A stretch of 64,000 nucleotides of DNA, taken from assembly GCA_965225945.1 (NCBI GenBank), contig CBDDBZ010000021.1, positions 46,538 to 110,537 of the forward strand, read 5' to 3'. Position numbers and translations under genes: made by a program. How positions within the stretch are numbered: the first letter of the stretch is position 1; each line of letters opens with the position of its first letter. Source of the stretch: Alphaproteobacteria bacterium. Lineage in GTDB: Bacteria; Pseudomonadota; Alphaproteobacteria; GCA-2731375. This document shows, in pieces, positions 43,190 to 53,690 of the stretch. Below the pieces are notes generated by a model, which saw only the letters and a program-made list of their open reading frames with translations, did not search any database and was not told where the DNA came from.

Positions 43190-44157
43190 TCAGGCAGCGC
43201 TTACGGCATGTCTTTGATTTTGCATTTGTCCGAACATATCTAAATCAAAGTCGAATTTCTCCGCCAGAGTTCGGAGCTTAAACAATTGGGTGCTAGTAAA
43301 TAACTTCGACCCTCGACCGGAAATTCCTATATTTTCGTTGAGTTTTTCTTTCAAACGCGAGGCGTTTCTAAATTTTTGGATCACTTCCTCCACAAACTCC
43401 TTCGGTATTTCATGACCAAGGAACTGAATCAGCTGCACAATCAACGCAGATTCATCCATCAATAAATTTTCATAAGACACGAAGAAGACGTCGAGATCGT
43501 GTCGCGCCTTTGCGCAAAACCATGATGTATAATATTGAAAGTACCAGGTAGCCGAAATGTCGATCACAAAATCAAATTTGTATTCCAGTGAGCCAGACAA
43601 AAACTTCCGAACGGCCGTCGAGGGAATCGGCCCTTGAAACGACCCGATATTGCCATGGGCTTCAATTTCGTCGATGTTTAGCGCCCATTGTCTTCCAAAT
43701 TCTTCCTTTTGACTCACCAACGAGTCCGAGATGTCTCGAAGACATATCACTGGGATAACATTAAAAAGATCCAGCATCCGCAGTGTGTGCGGATTGGCCA
43801 TGAGGTGTGCATGGGTGATAAATTTATCATGACTGGAAGTCAAGGCCAGCATTGTGGTGAAGTCTATTTCATTGACAACGTGAAGCAGACTCTTTTGCTC
43901 CAAATCCCGATCATAATCCAAAAGAATAGACCGCTGCGGTAGGCGCAAGACATCAGAAATAATATTAAATATGAATTTCGTAGCACTTTTGGAAGGGCCA
44001 AAAACACCCATGTAAAACCGCCATCAGTCAGTTTGCAATTGTGCGAAATATGATGAACAAACTCTGAAAACTGCGCTCTATCGAACTCGAATACCTTATC
44101 GTAGTCCAAGTTTGTATCCGCCATATTCATATTCCGAAATCCGTTTGTATCACTCAA
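43190..44157 (-). pseudogene. low-GC sulfotransferase-like gene, frameshifted in an A-run near 43988
   Basis: Adding one A joins the two ORFs into WVFLALPKSATKF (5'-PSB-like); also LRDISDSLVS and VSYENL motifs. Confidence 0.6.
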
Positions 44158-44691
44158 CTGACACTATGCGCACCAAACGCGGGTATATGGTGATTTCCGC
44201 GCAATTTCTTCCCGGCGCTGGATTCATGACATCACTCAAGTTTCCAAGTGGGGAAATGTATCGAACTTTGGTTAAAATTAAGTTAACTTTTCTCCGGTTA
44301 AAAATTTATTACGAATGGCTATGATCAGAAAGTTGAACGGTTGCCATTCGCCAAGGGAGTCTATACGGTTCGGCGCGTGTGGCGATAAGCTGATGTTTTG
44401 AAACGGGCTTTGAGATTCGTCGAAGGCAGTCACTTTTGCGTGCCGAGCAAAAAAATGACCGTCTTATGATAGGTGAGGTAGGGGCCCGAAGCCCCGAGAG
44501 ACCGGGCGGGGCGCGTCAAGGGGAACGGCGGACCTGGTGGGCCTGCGGAGCGGGTGCGAGGGCGCCGACGGCGATGATCGAACGGCTCACTCGCCTTCCG
44601 CGTGCAGCTTGAACCGAGCTATACCGAACCCCACGCCGGGTTGCAGGGGCGGACCGCGGGCCTAAGCCCGCGGCCTACCGAACCGGGAACC

Positions 44692-45042
44692 TCAGCCTAT
44701 CACCTCGCGCAGCACATGGCGGCGGTTGGTGGTGTCGGCGCGCACCTCGCTCGCCCAGCGCCCCTTCTCGACGGCCGCTGTCCAGGCGGCACTGAGCAAG
44801 ACGTCCGGGCTCTCGAGCTCATAGATCGCCGTGTAAGCCGGCTCGCCCTCGATGACGATGTCCATGACCTCGCCGCCGATCTTCACCTTGAGCGGCACTT
44901 GCTTGGCGCGCCGCACCTTCAGCACGCCCGGCACGGCCGAGATATAAGGCACATGTTCGGTGTCGTAGACCTCGTTGAAGAGGTCTTCCTTGTCCGCCGC
45001 GACGTCCATCGAGACGATGAAGAGATATTTCGCGTCCGCCAT
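44692..45042 (-). CDS. EthD-like dimeric alpha/beta barrel protein
   Basis: FNEVYDTEHVP...VPGV...YTAIYELES. Confidence 0.7.
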   Translation of the reverse strand: MADAKYLFIVSMDVAADKEDLFNEVYDTEHVPYISAVPGVLKVRRAKQVPLKVKIGGEVMDIVIEGEPAYTAIYELESPDVLLSAAWTAAVEKGRWASEVRADTTNRRHVLREVIG

Positions 45043-45060
45043 TTTCCTTGTCCTCCCTAG

Positions 45061-45390
45061 TCAATCGACGATGAAGAGCTTGGCCCCGATCTCGCTCGAG
45101 GAGCGATGCGCCTCCGCCCGGTCGGCGACCTGATAGGACATCCCCGGCCCTATGGTGAAGCGGCGGCCGTCGCTGAGCTCGGTCTCCAGACGGCCCTCCA
45201 GCACCAGCAGCACATGGCCCTTCTCGCACCAATGATCGGCCAGGTAGCCGGGCGTGTATTCGACCATGCGGACCCGGATCTCGCCATAGAGGCGGGTCCG
45301 CCAGATGGCCTTTCCGGTGGTGCCTGGATGCTCGCTCGGCGCCACCTCGTCCCAAGCCTGGACGGTGAAAGGGATATCGCTCATTCGCAT
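45061..45390 (-). CDS. DHCW-motif cupin protein
   Basis: [21 protein letters not shown]...GAKLFIVD. Confidence 0.88.
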   Translation of the reverse strand: MRMSDIPFTVQAWDEVAPSEHPGTTGKAIWRTRLYGEIRVRMVEYTPGYLADHWCEKGHVLLVLEGRLETELSDGRRFTIGPGMSYQVADRAEAHRSSSEIGAKLFIVD

Positions 45391-45481
45391 CTCGTTCGCT
45401 CCCCTTGCCTCGCATTTCCCGGCCGTGTACTCGGTGGTGGCCCGCCCCGGGCGGCGCGCGCATCCAGCGGGAGCCAGCCTC

Positions 45482-45958
45482 ATGAGCTATACCCGACTCT
45501 ATCCCGTTTCGTGGGAACAATTTCATCGCGACGCCAAGGCGCTCTCGTGGCGCCTGGCCGACGTGCGCGAATTCGCCGGCATCGTCGCCATCACCCGGGG
45601 CGGTCTGGTGCCGGCGGCGATCGTCGCCCGCGAGCTCGACCTCAGGCTGATCGATACGATCTGCGTCCGCTCCTATCGCGACACCAGCCGGGACGCGCCG
45701 GAGATGATCAAGCCGCTCGAATCGGACGACGAGAGCTGGCTGATCGGCGACGATCTGGTCCACACGGGCGGCACCGCGCAGGTGGTGCGCCGGATGCTGC
45801 CGAACGCCCACTATGCCACGGTCTACGCCAAGCCCGAGGGGCGCCCGATGGTCGATACCTATGTCACCGAGGTGAGCCAGGACACCTGGATCCTGTTCCC
45901 TTGGGACAGCGAGCTACGGCCGGCCCGCACCGTCGTCGAATTGACCCAGGACGAATGA
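45482..45958 (+). CDS. gpt: xanthine phosphoribosyltransferase
   Basis: [51 protein letters not shown]. Confidence 0.9.
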   Translation: MSYTRLYPVSWEQFHRDAKALSWRLADVREFAGIVAITRGGLVPAAIVARELDLRLIDTICVRSYRDTSRDAPEMIKPLESDDESWLIGDDLVHTGGTAQVVRRMLPNAHYATVYAKPEGRPMVDTYVTEVSQDTWILFPWDSELRPARTVVELTQDE

Positions 45959-45976
45959 GCCGGGGCACGCCCGCCC

Positions 45977-47161
45977 ATGATACGGGATCGCGCCGTCCTT
46001 TATCTCGGCATCGCCCAGACCTTGGCCTGGGCCGGGATGTTCTATGTCTTCCCGGCATTGCTGTTGCGCTGGGAGGCGGCCTTGGGCTGGTCCAGGGCGG
46101 AGCTCACCGGCGCCATAACCGTGGCGCTGTTGCTCTCGGCCCTGGCCTCGCCGCTGGCGGGCCGGCTGATCGACGCCGGCCGTGGCCCCGTGATGCTGGC
46201 GGGCGCCACGTTGCTCGGCGGCGTCTCTTTGATCGGCCTCTCGGTCGTGACGGAGGCCTGGCAGTTCTATCTCGTCTGGGCGCTTCTCGGCGTGATGATG
46301 GGGGGCTCGCTCTACGATCCTTGCTTCGCGCTGCTGACCCGGGCGCGCGGGGCCGAGGCGAAGCGGAGCATCATCCAGATCACCTTGATGGCGGGTTTCG
46401 CCAGCACGATCAGCTTCCCGGCGGCCCATGCCCTGGCGGACGCCTACGACTGGCGGGTCGCGGTGCGAATTTTCGCGGTCGTCGTCATCATCGTCGGCGC
46501 GCCGCTGATGTGGGCGGGCGCGCGCTCGGTGGAACGCGCCGGCAAGCACGGCGGTGGCGCGCCGTTGGCGGCGGCGGGGCGCCGGCCGGCGATCTTCGCC
46601 TCGCCGCTATTTTGGCTTTTGGGGATCGGCTTTGCCTTCGCCGCGGTCATTCATGGCGGGACGGTGCAGCATCTGTTGCCGATGCTCGACGATCGCGGGA
46701 TCCGGGCGGATGTCGCGGTGCTGGCGGCGTCCTTCATCGGGCCGATGCAGGTGGCGGGCCGGATCGCCGTGATGGCGGCCGGGCGTCACCTCTCCAACCA
46801 CGCTGTCGCCGTCGGCAGCTTTTTCCTGATGGCCGTGGCGATCCTGTTGCTGTTCGCCTCGGGGGGCGCGCCGCTGCTGGTGGTCGGCTTCGTCATCCTG
46901 TTCGGCGCCGCCGTCGGCACCCTCAGCATCATCCGGCCGGTGATCACCCGCGAGATCATGGGCGAGGCGCATTTCGGCGCCAAGTTCGGCGCCATGTCGA
47001 TGCTCTTTCTGGCGGGCTCCGCCGCCGCGCCCTATCTCGCCTCGCTGCTCTGGAGCGTGGGCGGCTACGACCTGGTCCTGCCCTGTCTCGGGGTCCTGGC
47101 GTTCCTGGGCCTCGGCCTCTATCTCGCCGCCCGGCGCGTTGCGCGCGGGACCAGTCCATAG
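45977..47161 (+). CDS. MFS transporter
   Basis: GRLIDAGRG, LYDPCFALL, ITLMAGFASTI, IGPMQVAGR. Confidence 0.88.
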   Translation: MIRDRAVLYLGIAQTLAWAGMFYVFPALLLRWEAALGWSRAELTGAITVALLLSALASPLAGRLIDAGRGPVMLAGATLLGGVSLIGLSVVTEAWQFYLVWALLGVMMGGSLYDPCFALLTRARGAEAKRSIIQITLMAGFASTISFPAAHALADAYDWRVAVRIFAVVVIIVGAPLMWAGARSVERAGKHGGGAPLAAAGRRPAIFASPLFWLLGIGFAFAAVIHGGTVQHLLPMLDDRGIRADVAVLAASFIGPMQVAGRIAVMAAGRHLSNHAVAVGSFFLMAVAILLLFASGGAPLLVVGFVILFGAAVGTLSIIRPVITREIMGEAHFGAKFGAMSMLFLAGSAAAPYLASLLWSVGGYDLVLPCLGVLAFLGLGLYLAARRVARGTSP

Positions 47162-47178
47162 AGCAATATCCGGACGGG

Positions 47179-47478
47179 CTATTTCGACTTCGGGCTCTGG
47201 CGGCGCCTGGTGGCGCGCGTCTTGGCCGCCGCTTTCGGCGCGCCGGCCTCCAATTCGGCGATGCGCGCGGCCAGGCGCTCGTTCTCCAGCCGGGCCTCGC
47301 GCGCCATCTCCTTCGCCACCTGGAACTCCTCCCGCGTCACCAGGTCCATGCGGTCGAGAAAGCGTTCCAGGCGCTGGCGCGCAAGCCCTTCCGCCTCCTT
47401 GCCGGCGCCCTGGGCGATGCCGGCGGCGGCGGTGGCGAGCTTGGCGAGATCATCGAGCAGTTTTCGCGGCGCGGACAT
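47179..47478 (-). CDS. ubiK: accessory factor UbiK (BMFP) family protein
   Basis: LDDLAKL...MDLVTREEF...AREARLENERLAARIAELE. Confidence 0.8.
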   Translation of the reverse strand: MSAPRKLLDDLAKLATAAAGIAQGAGKEAEGLARQRLERFLDRMDLVTREEFQVAKEMAREARLENERLAARIAELEAGAPKAAAKTRATRRRQSPKSK

Positions 47479-47586
47479 CGGCGAGCTCCCGGCGGTCGGC
47501 GATACTCGGGACTATGCGGCGGCCGGTGGCCGAGGGCAATATGTGGCACCCGTGCGAACCGCCGCCGAGTTGGAGCATCCCCGTTC

Positions 47587-48468
47587 ATGTCCGCCACGCA
47601 TCCGCGACGCCTGCACGTCTACGACGGTCCGCTCGTCGAGGGAAAACGCTGGGACCACTACGTCGCCCGCGACGACGACATCTTCATCTGCACCCCGCCC
47701 AAGTGTGGCACCACCTGGATCCAGGCGATCTGCGCCCTGCTGATCTTCGGCCGGCCCGATTTGGCCGTGAAGCCGGGCGTCGTCTCGCCCTGGATCGACA
47801 CGAACCTGACGGTGCTGGAGGATACCCTGGCGATGCTGGAGGCGCAGACCCATCGCCGCTTCATCAAGACCCACACGCCGCTCGACGGCATCCCGTTCCT
47901 CGCGGGCCACGTCTATCTCACGGTCTACCGCGATCCGCGCGACGTCTTCCTCTCCTGGCGGGCGCACGCCGGCAACCTGAAGAGCGGAATTACCGACAAC
48001 CGCCTGGCGCTGGACGTGAACGAGGGCTTCCGCCAATGGTGCCGGGCGCCGTTCACGCCCCCCGCCGCCGAGGGATTTTGCCTGGCGCGGATCGTCCATC
48101 ACTATCGAGGCTTCAAGGCCTTCGCGCATCTCGACGAGATCCACTTCCTCCACTACGCCGACATGAAGCGGGACTTGCCGGGGGCGATGGCGCGGATCGC
48201 CCGCATCCTCGGCCTCGACGTGGGGGAGGCGTTGCTGGGCGAGCTGGCGGCCGCGGCCGGTTTCGACAACATGAAACGCAACGCGGAACAGTTCGTGCCG
48301 GATGCCGGCCGTCTCGAATGGCGCAGCACGGACGCGTTCTTCGCCAGCGGCGCCAACGCGCAATGGCGCGAGGTCCTGCGCGCCGAGGATCTCGACCTCT
48401 ATGACGCGCGAATGCGCGAGCTGTTGCCGGGCGACGAGATCGCCTGGCTACAGGCGGGCGAGGGTTGA
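47587..48468 (+). CDS. sulfotransferase domain protein
   Basis: DIFICTPPKCGTTW, RRFIKTHTP, RDPRDV, HYADMK. Confidence 0.9.
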   Translation: MSATHPRRLHVYDGPLVEGKRWDHYVARDDDIFICTPPKCGTTWIQAICALLIFGRPDLAVKPGVVSPWIDTNLTVLEDTLAMLEAQTHRRFIKTHTPLDGIPFLAGHVYLTVYRDPRDVFLSWRAHAGNLKSGITDNRLALDVNEGFRQWCRAPFTPPAAEGFCLARIVHHYRGFKAFAHLDEIHFLHYADMKRDLPGAMARIARILGLDVGEALLGELAAAAGFDNMKRNAEQFVPDAGRLEWRSTDAFFASGANAQWREVLRAEDLDLYDARMRELLPGDEIAWLQAGEG

Positions 48469-48525
48469 AGGCCGGGTCGCGGCGGCGTGGAACGATCGGC
48501 GTTCGCACAGCACCGGGGGAGCCCA

Positions 48526-48740
48526 TGCCGTCAGCCAAAACCTCCGTCGAGACGACCCGCGATTGCCTCGACGTCATCGATCGTCCGAATCCCGAATTCA
48601 ACGCCTTCATCACGGTGATAGCGGAGCAGCCGCTCGCCGAGGCCGAGGCGATCGCGGCCCGCACCCTCATACCGGCCCTCGCCGCGCGCACGGTGTCTCC
48701 GAGGGCCGAGGCGGTGGTGGCGCGGGCCGGCATTCGCTAA
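48526..48740 (+). pseudogene. amidase-like remnant (N-terminus only)
   Basis: SVETTRDCLDVIDRPNPEFNAFITVIAEQPLAEA resembles amidase N-termini; no GGSSGG signature. Confidence 0.55.
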
Positions 48741-48770
48741 GCTCGATGTCCGATTCTCGACGACGGGGCC

Positions 48771-49157
48771 ATGCCCATGAGCCAACGCCTCACGATCGCG
48801 CTGCTGGACGAAATCCAGGACGGCTTCAATGCCCATGACGTCGAGGCCATCCTCTCCCACTTCACCGACGATTGCGTTTGGCTGATGGCGCGCGGGCCGA
48901 GGGCGCCGGAGGGGCGGCGCTGTCGGGGCAGGAGTGAAATCGGCGAGGTTCTCCGCGCGCGCTACCATGAGATCCCGGACATGCGCTGGGAAGAGATGCG
49001 CCACTGGATCGTCGACGACACCAAGGCGCTGTCCGAATGGGTGGTCCGCGGCACGCCCCGGGACGGCCCAGCCTTCGAATACCTCGGCTGCGATCTCTGG
49101 GAGTTTCGCGACGACCTTGTCGCCAAGAAAGACACCTATTGGAAGTTCATCGCCTGA
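48771..49157 (+). CDS. SnoaL-like (NTF2 family) protein
   Basis: FNAHDVEAILSHFTDDCVW, GCDLWEFRDD..KKDTYWK. Confidence 0.85.
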   Translation: MPMSQRLTIALLDEIQDGFNAHDVEAILSHFTDDCVWLMARGPRAPEGRRCRGRSEIGEVLRARYHEIPDMRWEEMRHWIVDDTKALSEWVVRGTPRDGPAFEYLGCDLWEFRDDLVAKKDTYWKFIA

Positions 49158-49188
49158 GGCCCCGGGGCCGGGCGAGGGGGAGGGTATC

Positions 49189-50205
49189 ATGCGTGTGGCG
49201 ATGATCGGCGGCGGCATGATCAGTGACGTGCACCTGAAGGCGCTCGCGGCCCACCGCCATGTCGACCTCGCCTGTCTGGTGGAGCCGAACCCAACGGTCC
49301 GCGAGGCCCAGGCGGCCAAGTACGGGATCGCGCGCGGCTGCGCCGATCATCGCGAGGTGTTGGAGGATCCGAGCATCGAGGCCGTCGACGTCGCGGTGCC
49401 GCACTACCTCCACTGTCCGATCACGCTCGATGCGCTGGCGGCCGGCAAGCACGTGATCTGCGAGAAGCCGATCGGCCTCAATCTGGACGAGGCCGACCGG
49501 ATGATCGAGGCGGCCGAGGCTTCGAGCGGACGCTTGCTGGTCAAGAAATACCTGCGCACCTGTCCGCACCACACCATGGCGCGGCAGATCATCCGCTCGG
49601 GCGGCATCGGCCGGGTCTATCTCGCCACCGGTTTCATCTCCGTCCAGCAGCGCCACATCGAGAACGATGCCGACAACTGGCGCGGCAATTGGGAGAAGGC
49701 GGGCGGCGGCATGTTGATCGACGGCGGCGTCCACCTGATCGACCTGATGCAGTTCATGCTGGGCCGCGCGACGGCGGTCAGCGCGACGGCCAAGCGGCTG
49801 GTCGCCGAACACCCCGAGAAGGCGGACGATACCGCGGCAATCACGATCGAATACGGCGACGGCGCGCTTGCCAACATCGTCTGCACCAATGTCGATGTCG
49901 CCCTCGGGCCGATGACCTGGGAGAAGATGTTCCTCGGCACCGAGGGCGCGCTCCACGTCTTCGAGCGGGACGGCGTCACCCGCCTGGTCAAGACGATCGC
50001 CGGCACTTCGGAAGAGTTGGTGCGGGTCGAGAACTGGTGGGAGCGGGCCAACATCGACGCGGTGACCCATCTGATCGATTGCCTACGCGACGGAAGCGCC
50101 CCCAATGCCAGCCTGGCCGAGGCGCGCCACGACCTGGAGGTGGCGCTCGCCGGCTATCGCTCGGCCAAGGAGGGTCGGCGGATCGATCTGGCCCGACGGA
50201 CATGA
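49189..50205 (+). CDS. Gfo/Idh/MocA family oxidoreductase
   Basis: MIGGGMIS, AGKHVICEKP, GGGMLIDGGVHLID. Confidence 0.9.
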   Translation: MRVAMIGGGMISDVHLKALAAHRHVDLACLVEPNPTVREAQAAKYGIARGCADHREVLEDPSIEAVDVAVPHYLHCPITLDALAAGKHVICEKPIGLNLDEADRMIEAAEASSGRLLVKKYLRTCPHHTMARQIIRSGGIGRVYLATGFISVQQRHIENDADNWRGNWEKAGGGMLIDGGVHLIDLMQFMLGRATAVSATAKRLVAEHPEKADDTAAITIEYGDGALANIVCTNVDVALGPMTWEKMFLGTEGALHVFERDGVTRLVKTIAGTSEELVRVENWWERANIDAVTHLIDCLRDGSAPNASLAEARHDLEVALAGYRSAKEGRRIDLARRT

Positions 50206-50798
50206 GCGAGCGCGAGGAAAGATCCGAGTCGCGCGGCTTCGGCCCGGAGCCGATCGCCATTCGCGATTCCAAGTTGACGGTGGGGATTCTCGTGGCTCCG
50301 TGCCTCGCCATCGTGGGCATCGGCCTCTGGGGCCTGCTGAGTGGACAGAGCCTGCTCGGCGGCGGCGTCTGGACGCAACTGGCGGCGATCGGCATCGCTG
50401 CCTTCGTCGGCGTTACCCTGCTGCGGATGGGCCTCGATCCCGAGCCGGTGGTGCTGATCGACCGCCGCGGCGTCACCTGCCGCCGTCCCGACGTCGGCCT
50501 GATCCCGTGGCGTGCGGTCATCGCGATCAGCGTCGCCCGGACGGTGGTGGTCCGCCAGTTGGTGCTGATCACCGTCGACGAGAGCGAGCTCGACGAGGCG
50601 GCGCGGGAGATCGTCCAGAGCCGGATCTCATTGTTCAGCGCGCTCTCCCGCAACGTCGCCCAATTGGAGCGCCGCTCGGTCGGCCACGGCACCATCAGCG
50701 TCTCGGTTTCGAGGTATATCATGCCGCTCGACGAGCTCGAGTCGCGGATCGACGACATGGTCCGCCGCCACGGCATTCGGCGGCGAGCACCCTGGTGA
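50202..50798 (+). CDS. hypothetical membrane protein
   Basis: Two TM segments then PVVLIDRRG...IPWRAV; ATGA overlap with the upstream gene. Confidence 0.6.
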   Translation: MSEREERSESRGFGPEPIAIRDSKLTVGILVAPCLAIVGIGLWGLLSGQSLLGGGVWTQLAAIGIAAFVGVTLLRMGLDPEPVVLIDRRGVTCRRPDVGLIPWRAVIAISVARTVVVRQLVLITVDESELDEAAREIVQSRISLFSALSRNVAQLERRSVGHGTISVSVSRYIMPLDELESRIDDMVRRHGIRRRAPW

Positions 50799-50815
50799 AG
50801 AAGAGGAGTGAATCG

Positions 50816-51682
50816 ATGAGCACGGAGACGATCGGTTTCATCGGTCTCGGCAACATGGGCGGTGCGATCGCGCGGCGGATCGCCGGCGCTGGATTCCCGA
50901 TGGTGGCCTACGACATCGCCGGCACCGCCGAGCGGGCGCCCGAGGGCGCGGGGCTCGCCCAATCGGTGGGCGAGGTGGCGCGACGTTCGGGCGCGATCTA
51001 CCTCAGCCTGCCGAGCCTCGCCTCCTTCGAGACCGTGGTGGCCGAGATCGCCGAGGCCGCCGTCGGCGCGGATGCCGTGGTGGTCAACACCTCGACCGTG
51101 GGACCGCCCGCGGCCCTCGCCGCCGCCCAGCGATTGCGGGAAAAGGGCATCGCCTTCGCCGACGCCCCGGTCTCGGGCGGCGTGCCCCGGGCCGAGGCGG
51201 GACGACTCTCGGTCATGTTCTCGGGCGAGGCGGCGCTGCTGGGGCGCCTGCGTCCCTGCTTCGAGAGCTTCGGCGCCAACATCTTCGATATCGGAGCGGA
51301 GCCCGGCCAGGCGCAGCGGATGAAGCTGGTGAACAACACTCTGGTGATCTCCGCCATGACCACGATCGCCGAGGCCCTGGCCTACGGCGAGAAGGGGGGG
51401 CTGGATCTTGCGACCATGCTGGAGGTGATCAACGTCTCGACCGGGCGGAACTTCGTCTCCGAGCACATCTATCCCCGCCACGTCGTCACCGAGAGCTATG
51501 ATTCCGCCGGCGGCGGCGCCATCATCCGCAAGGATCTGTCGCTCTTCGTCCAGGAGGCCAGCGGCGAGGGCCGCCGCCACGGCGTCGCCACCGCCGCCCT
51601 GGAGCTGGTCGAGGCGTACGACGACGCGCGGCCGGGGAGCGATCAGACCGAAATGTATCCCTACGTCCGCGACGGCGAATAG
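50816..51682 (+). CDS. NAD(P)-dependent oxidoreductase, 3-hydroxyisobutyrate dehydrogenase family
   Basis: IGFIGLGNMG, DAPVSGG, MKLVNN. Confidence 0.9.
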   Translation: MSTETIGFIGLGNMGGAIARRIAGAGFPMVAYDIAGTAERAPEGAGLAQSVGEVARRSGAIYLSLPSLASFETVVAEIAEAAVGADAVVVNTSTVGPPAALAAAQRLREKGIAFADAPVSGGVPRAEAGRLSVMFSGEAALLGRLRPCFESFGANIFDIGAEPGQAQRMKLVNNTLVISAMTTIAEALAYGEKGGLDLATMLEVINVSTGRNFVSEHIYPRHVVTESYDSAGGGAIIRKDLSLFVQEASGEGRRHGVATAALELVEAYDDARPGSDQTEMYPYVRDGE

Positions 51683-52132
51683 CCGCCGCGTCGCCAAACG
51701 CCTCGCCGCGGCACGCTCCGAGAGGGCCGGCGACACCCGGGCAAACACCGTCGAGGCCGGCGACGGCGCGCCGGAATTCCGTTCGCGGATCCGACGGAAA
51801 ACCTGCGTCGCGCCGCTCGAACCCCCAGATCCCATGCGCCCGGATTTCCCGGATGGAGGTGGTGATTGTTGATGTCAAAGGGCAATTTTTATATAAGAAT
51901 CAATATGTTGAAGTTACGCGGAGGGCTCGGCCTTGGCACACCCGAGGGCTGAAGCAAAGCGAGCGCCGCCTCGGGTCGAGCGGCGTGGTGCTCGCGAGCC
52001 GGCTCACCAGCGCGTCGGCCAGGGCGAGGGCGCTAGGAGCGTGAGCAAGAAGGCCAGGCGGGGCAGGACTAGGAATGTACCAGAGGGGGATGGCCTCGTG
52101 CGACGGCCGCGGGTTGGGCGAATGTCGGCTTC

Positions 52133-53589
52133 TCTATCGCGTCCTCGGTCAAGCCCTTTCTGGTTACGTCATGCCATATTCCTTCTTCACGTCGTTCCGC
52201 ACTGGCGGATGTTGCCGCACGGGGCTCTTGCTTCTCTTCGAGGTTGGCGCGTGGCCACCTCATGATGGGATCAGAGGATGAGGCGGTTCAATCTTTCGCG
52301 CGTCCTTGCCGCCGGTCAGCGGCAGGGTCTACCGACATTACGAACTCACCCCACCCGTCGTTCCCGTGAGGACATCTCTCTGCCTAAGCAGAACTCGTTG
52401 ATCTCCTTGTCAGTACAGTCGAAGGTTCAATCCGCCTTGACGGCGTCAGCAGGGCCGTTGCTCCAGCGGAACTCGGTGCCGTCGACCCACATGCGGTGCA
52501 GAACTACGGCCAGGCGCCTCGCGACGGCGACGATGGCACGGCGCATGCCACGTCGCTGGGCCACTCGCATGCCCCACGCCTTCAGCCAGGACCATTTCCG
52601 GCCGTGGGCGAGGAGGGACTGCGCGGCCTCGTACAGCATCGTGCGGAGCATGCTGTCGCCGCACTTGGACACGCGACCATCATAGTCGATCTCGCCGGAC
52701 TGGAAGCGCTTCGGCGTCAGGCCGACATGCGCGCCGACCGCCCTGGAGTGAACGAAGCGCTGCGGCTGATCAATGGTAGCCCGGTAGGTCAGCGCGACGA
52801 CCACGCCGACGCCGGGTGCCGTCACGAGCCGTCGGCAGACCGGGTCATGGCGGACCGTGTCGAGCACCATTTTGTGGAGGACCGCGAACTGCCGGCGCAT
52901 CACTCGCCGGACGGTGAGCAGCGGTTCCACAATAGCGGCCAGCTTCGGAAAGTCTTCGACCAGCTCGCGGATCCGCGCCTCGTACCCGCGGGTGCTGACC
53001 ATGCCCACCTTGAGACCGAAGTTGCGCAGCGTCCCGCGTAGATCGTTCTCGACGTCGAGCAGTTTTCTCTGGAGCAGCTTGCGGCTGGTCAGCAGCATCC
53101 GCTGCTCCTGGGCAACCAGGGTCTTCACATGCACCGGCTTGAACAGCCCGACCCGCATCATCTGGGCGATGCCGCGCGCATCGTTGCGGTCGCTCTTGTT
53201 GATCTGCTGCCCCTTGAGCAGTGCTTTCATGTGCCGAGTCTCGACGCAGACAACCGGCAGCCCGGCGGCGGCAAGACCGTTGACCAGCCATTGCGAGAGC
53301 GGACCGGCTTCGATCCCGATCCGGCCATAGGCCACGCCGATCGAGGTCAGCAGCGTGACGATGTCGTCCGGCTCGGTCGGTACTTTCCGCTCCAACACCA
53401 CCTCGCCAACCTCGTCGACGACGCATACCGCCGTCTCCTTCACCGAAACATCCAGACCTACGAAATGTGCCATCGTCATCGCTCCTTCCTCGATGTTCGA
53501 GGTCAGGGCGACCCCGATTTATCGATCATGCGTGAAGGGGCTGCCATCATCCTGATATCATCAGCCACAGCCGCCGCGATATACCATCT
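52133..53589 (-). mobile_element. IS110-family (IS1111-like) insertion sequence
   Basis: Transposase plus subterminal inverted repeats TATCGCG/CGCGATA, an AGA core at both ends and about 290 bp of non-coding sequence downstream of the gene; ends are inferred. Confidence 0.7.
52427..53479 (-). CDS. IS110 family transposase/recombinase
   Basis: FVGLDVS, GIEAG, KSDRNDA, APGVG, GLTP..FQSGE..GRVSKCGD, AVARRLA. Confidence 0.95.
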   Translation of the reverse strand: MTMAHFVGLDVSVKETAVCVVDEVGEVVLERKVPTEPDDIVTLLTSIGVAYGRIGIEAGPLSQWLVNGLAAAGLPVVCVETRHMKALLKGQQINKSDRNDARGIAQMMRVGLFKPVHVKTLVAQEQRMLLTSRKLLQRKLLDVENDLRGTLRNFGLKVGMVSTRGYEARIRELVEDFPKLAAIVEPLLTVRRVMRRQFAVLHKMVLDTVRHDPVCRRLVTAPGVGVVVALTYRATIDQPQRFVHSRAVGAHVGLTPKRFQSGEIDYDGRVSKCGDSMLRTMLYEAAQSLLAHGRKWSWLKAWGMRVAQRRGMRRAIVAVARRLAVVLHRMWVDGTEFRWSNGPADAVKAD

Positions 53590-53690
53590 TTCGCTCAGGT
53601 CACGTCCGGTGTACCCCCAAGACTTGCCGAAATATTAGCAGGTGCTAAACGGAAAATGTTGACCCACTCCGGAACTCCCGCATTTCAAAG

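Noticed and set aside
45106-47586. 1120-aa ORF as a large fusion
   Set aside because: It is an alternative frame over gpt, the MFS and ubiK; only 47587-48468 is a sulfotransferase.
51870-51912. AT-rich patch as an att or dif site
   Set aside because: It may mark an island edge, but no matching repeat or convincing XerC/XerD consensus was found by eye.
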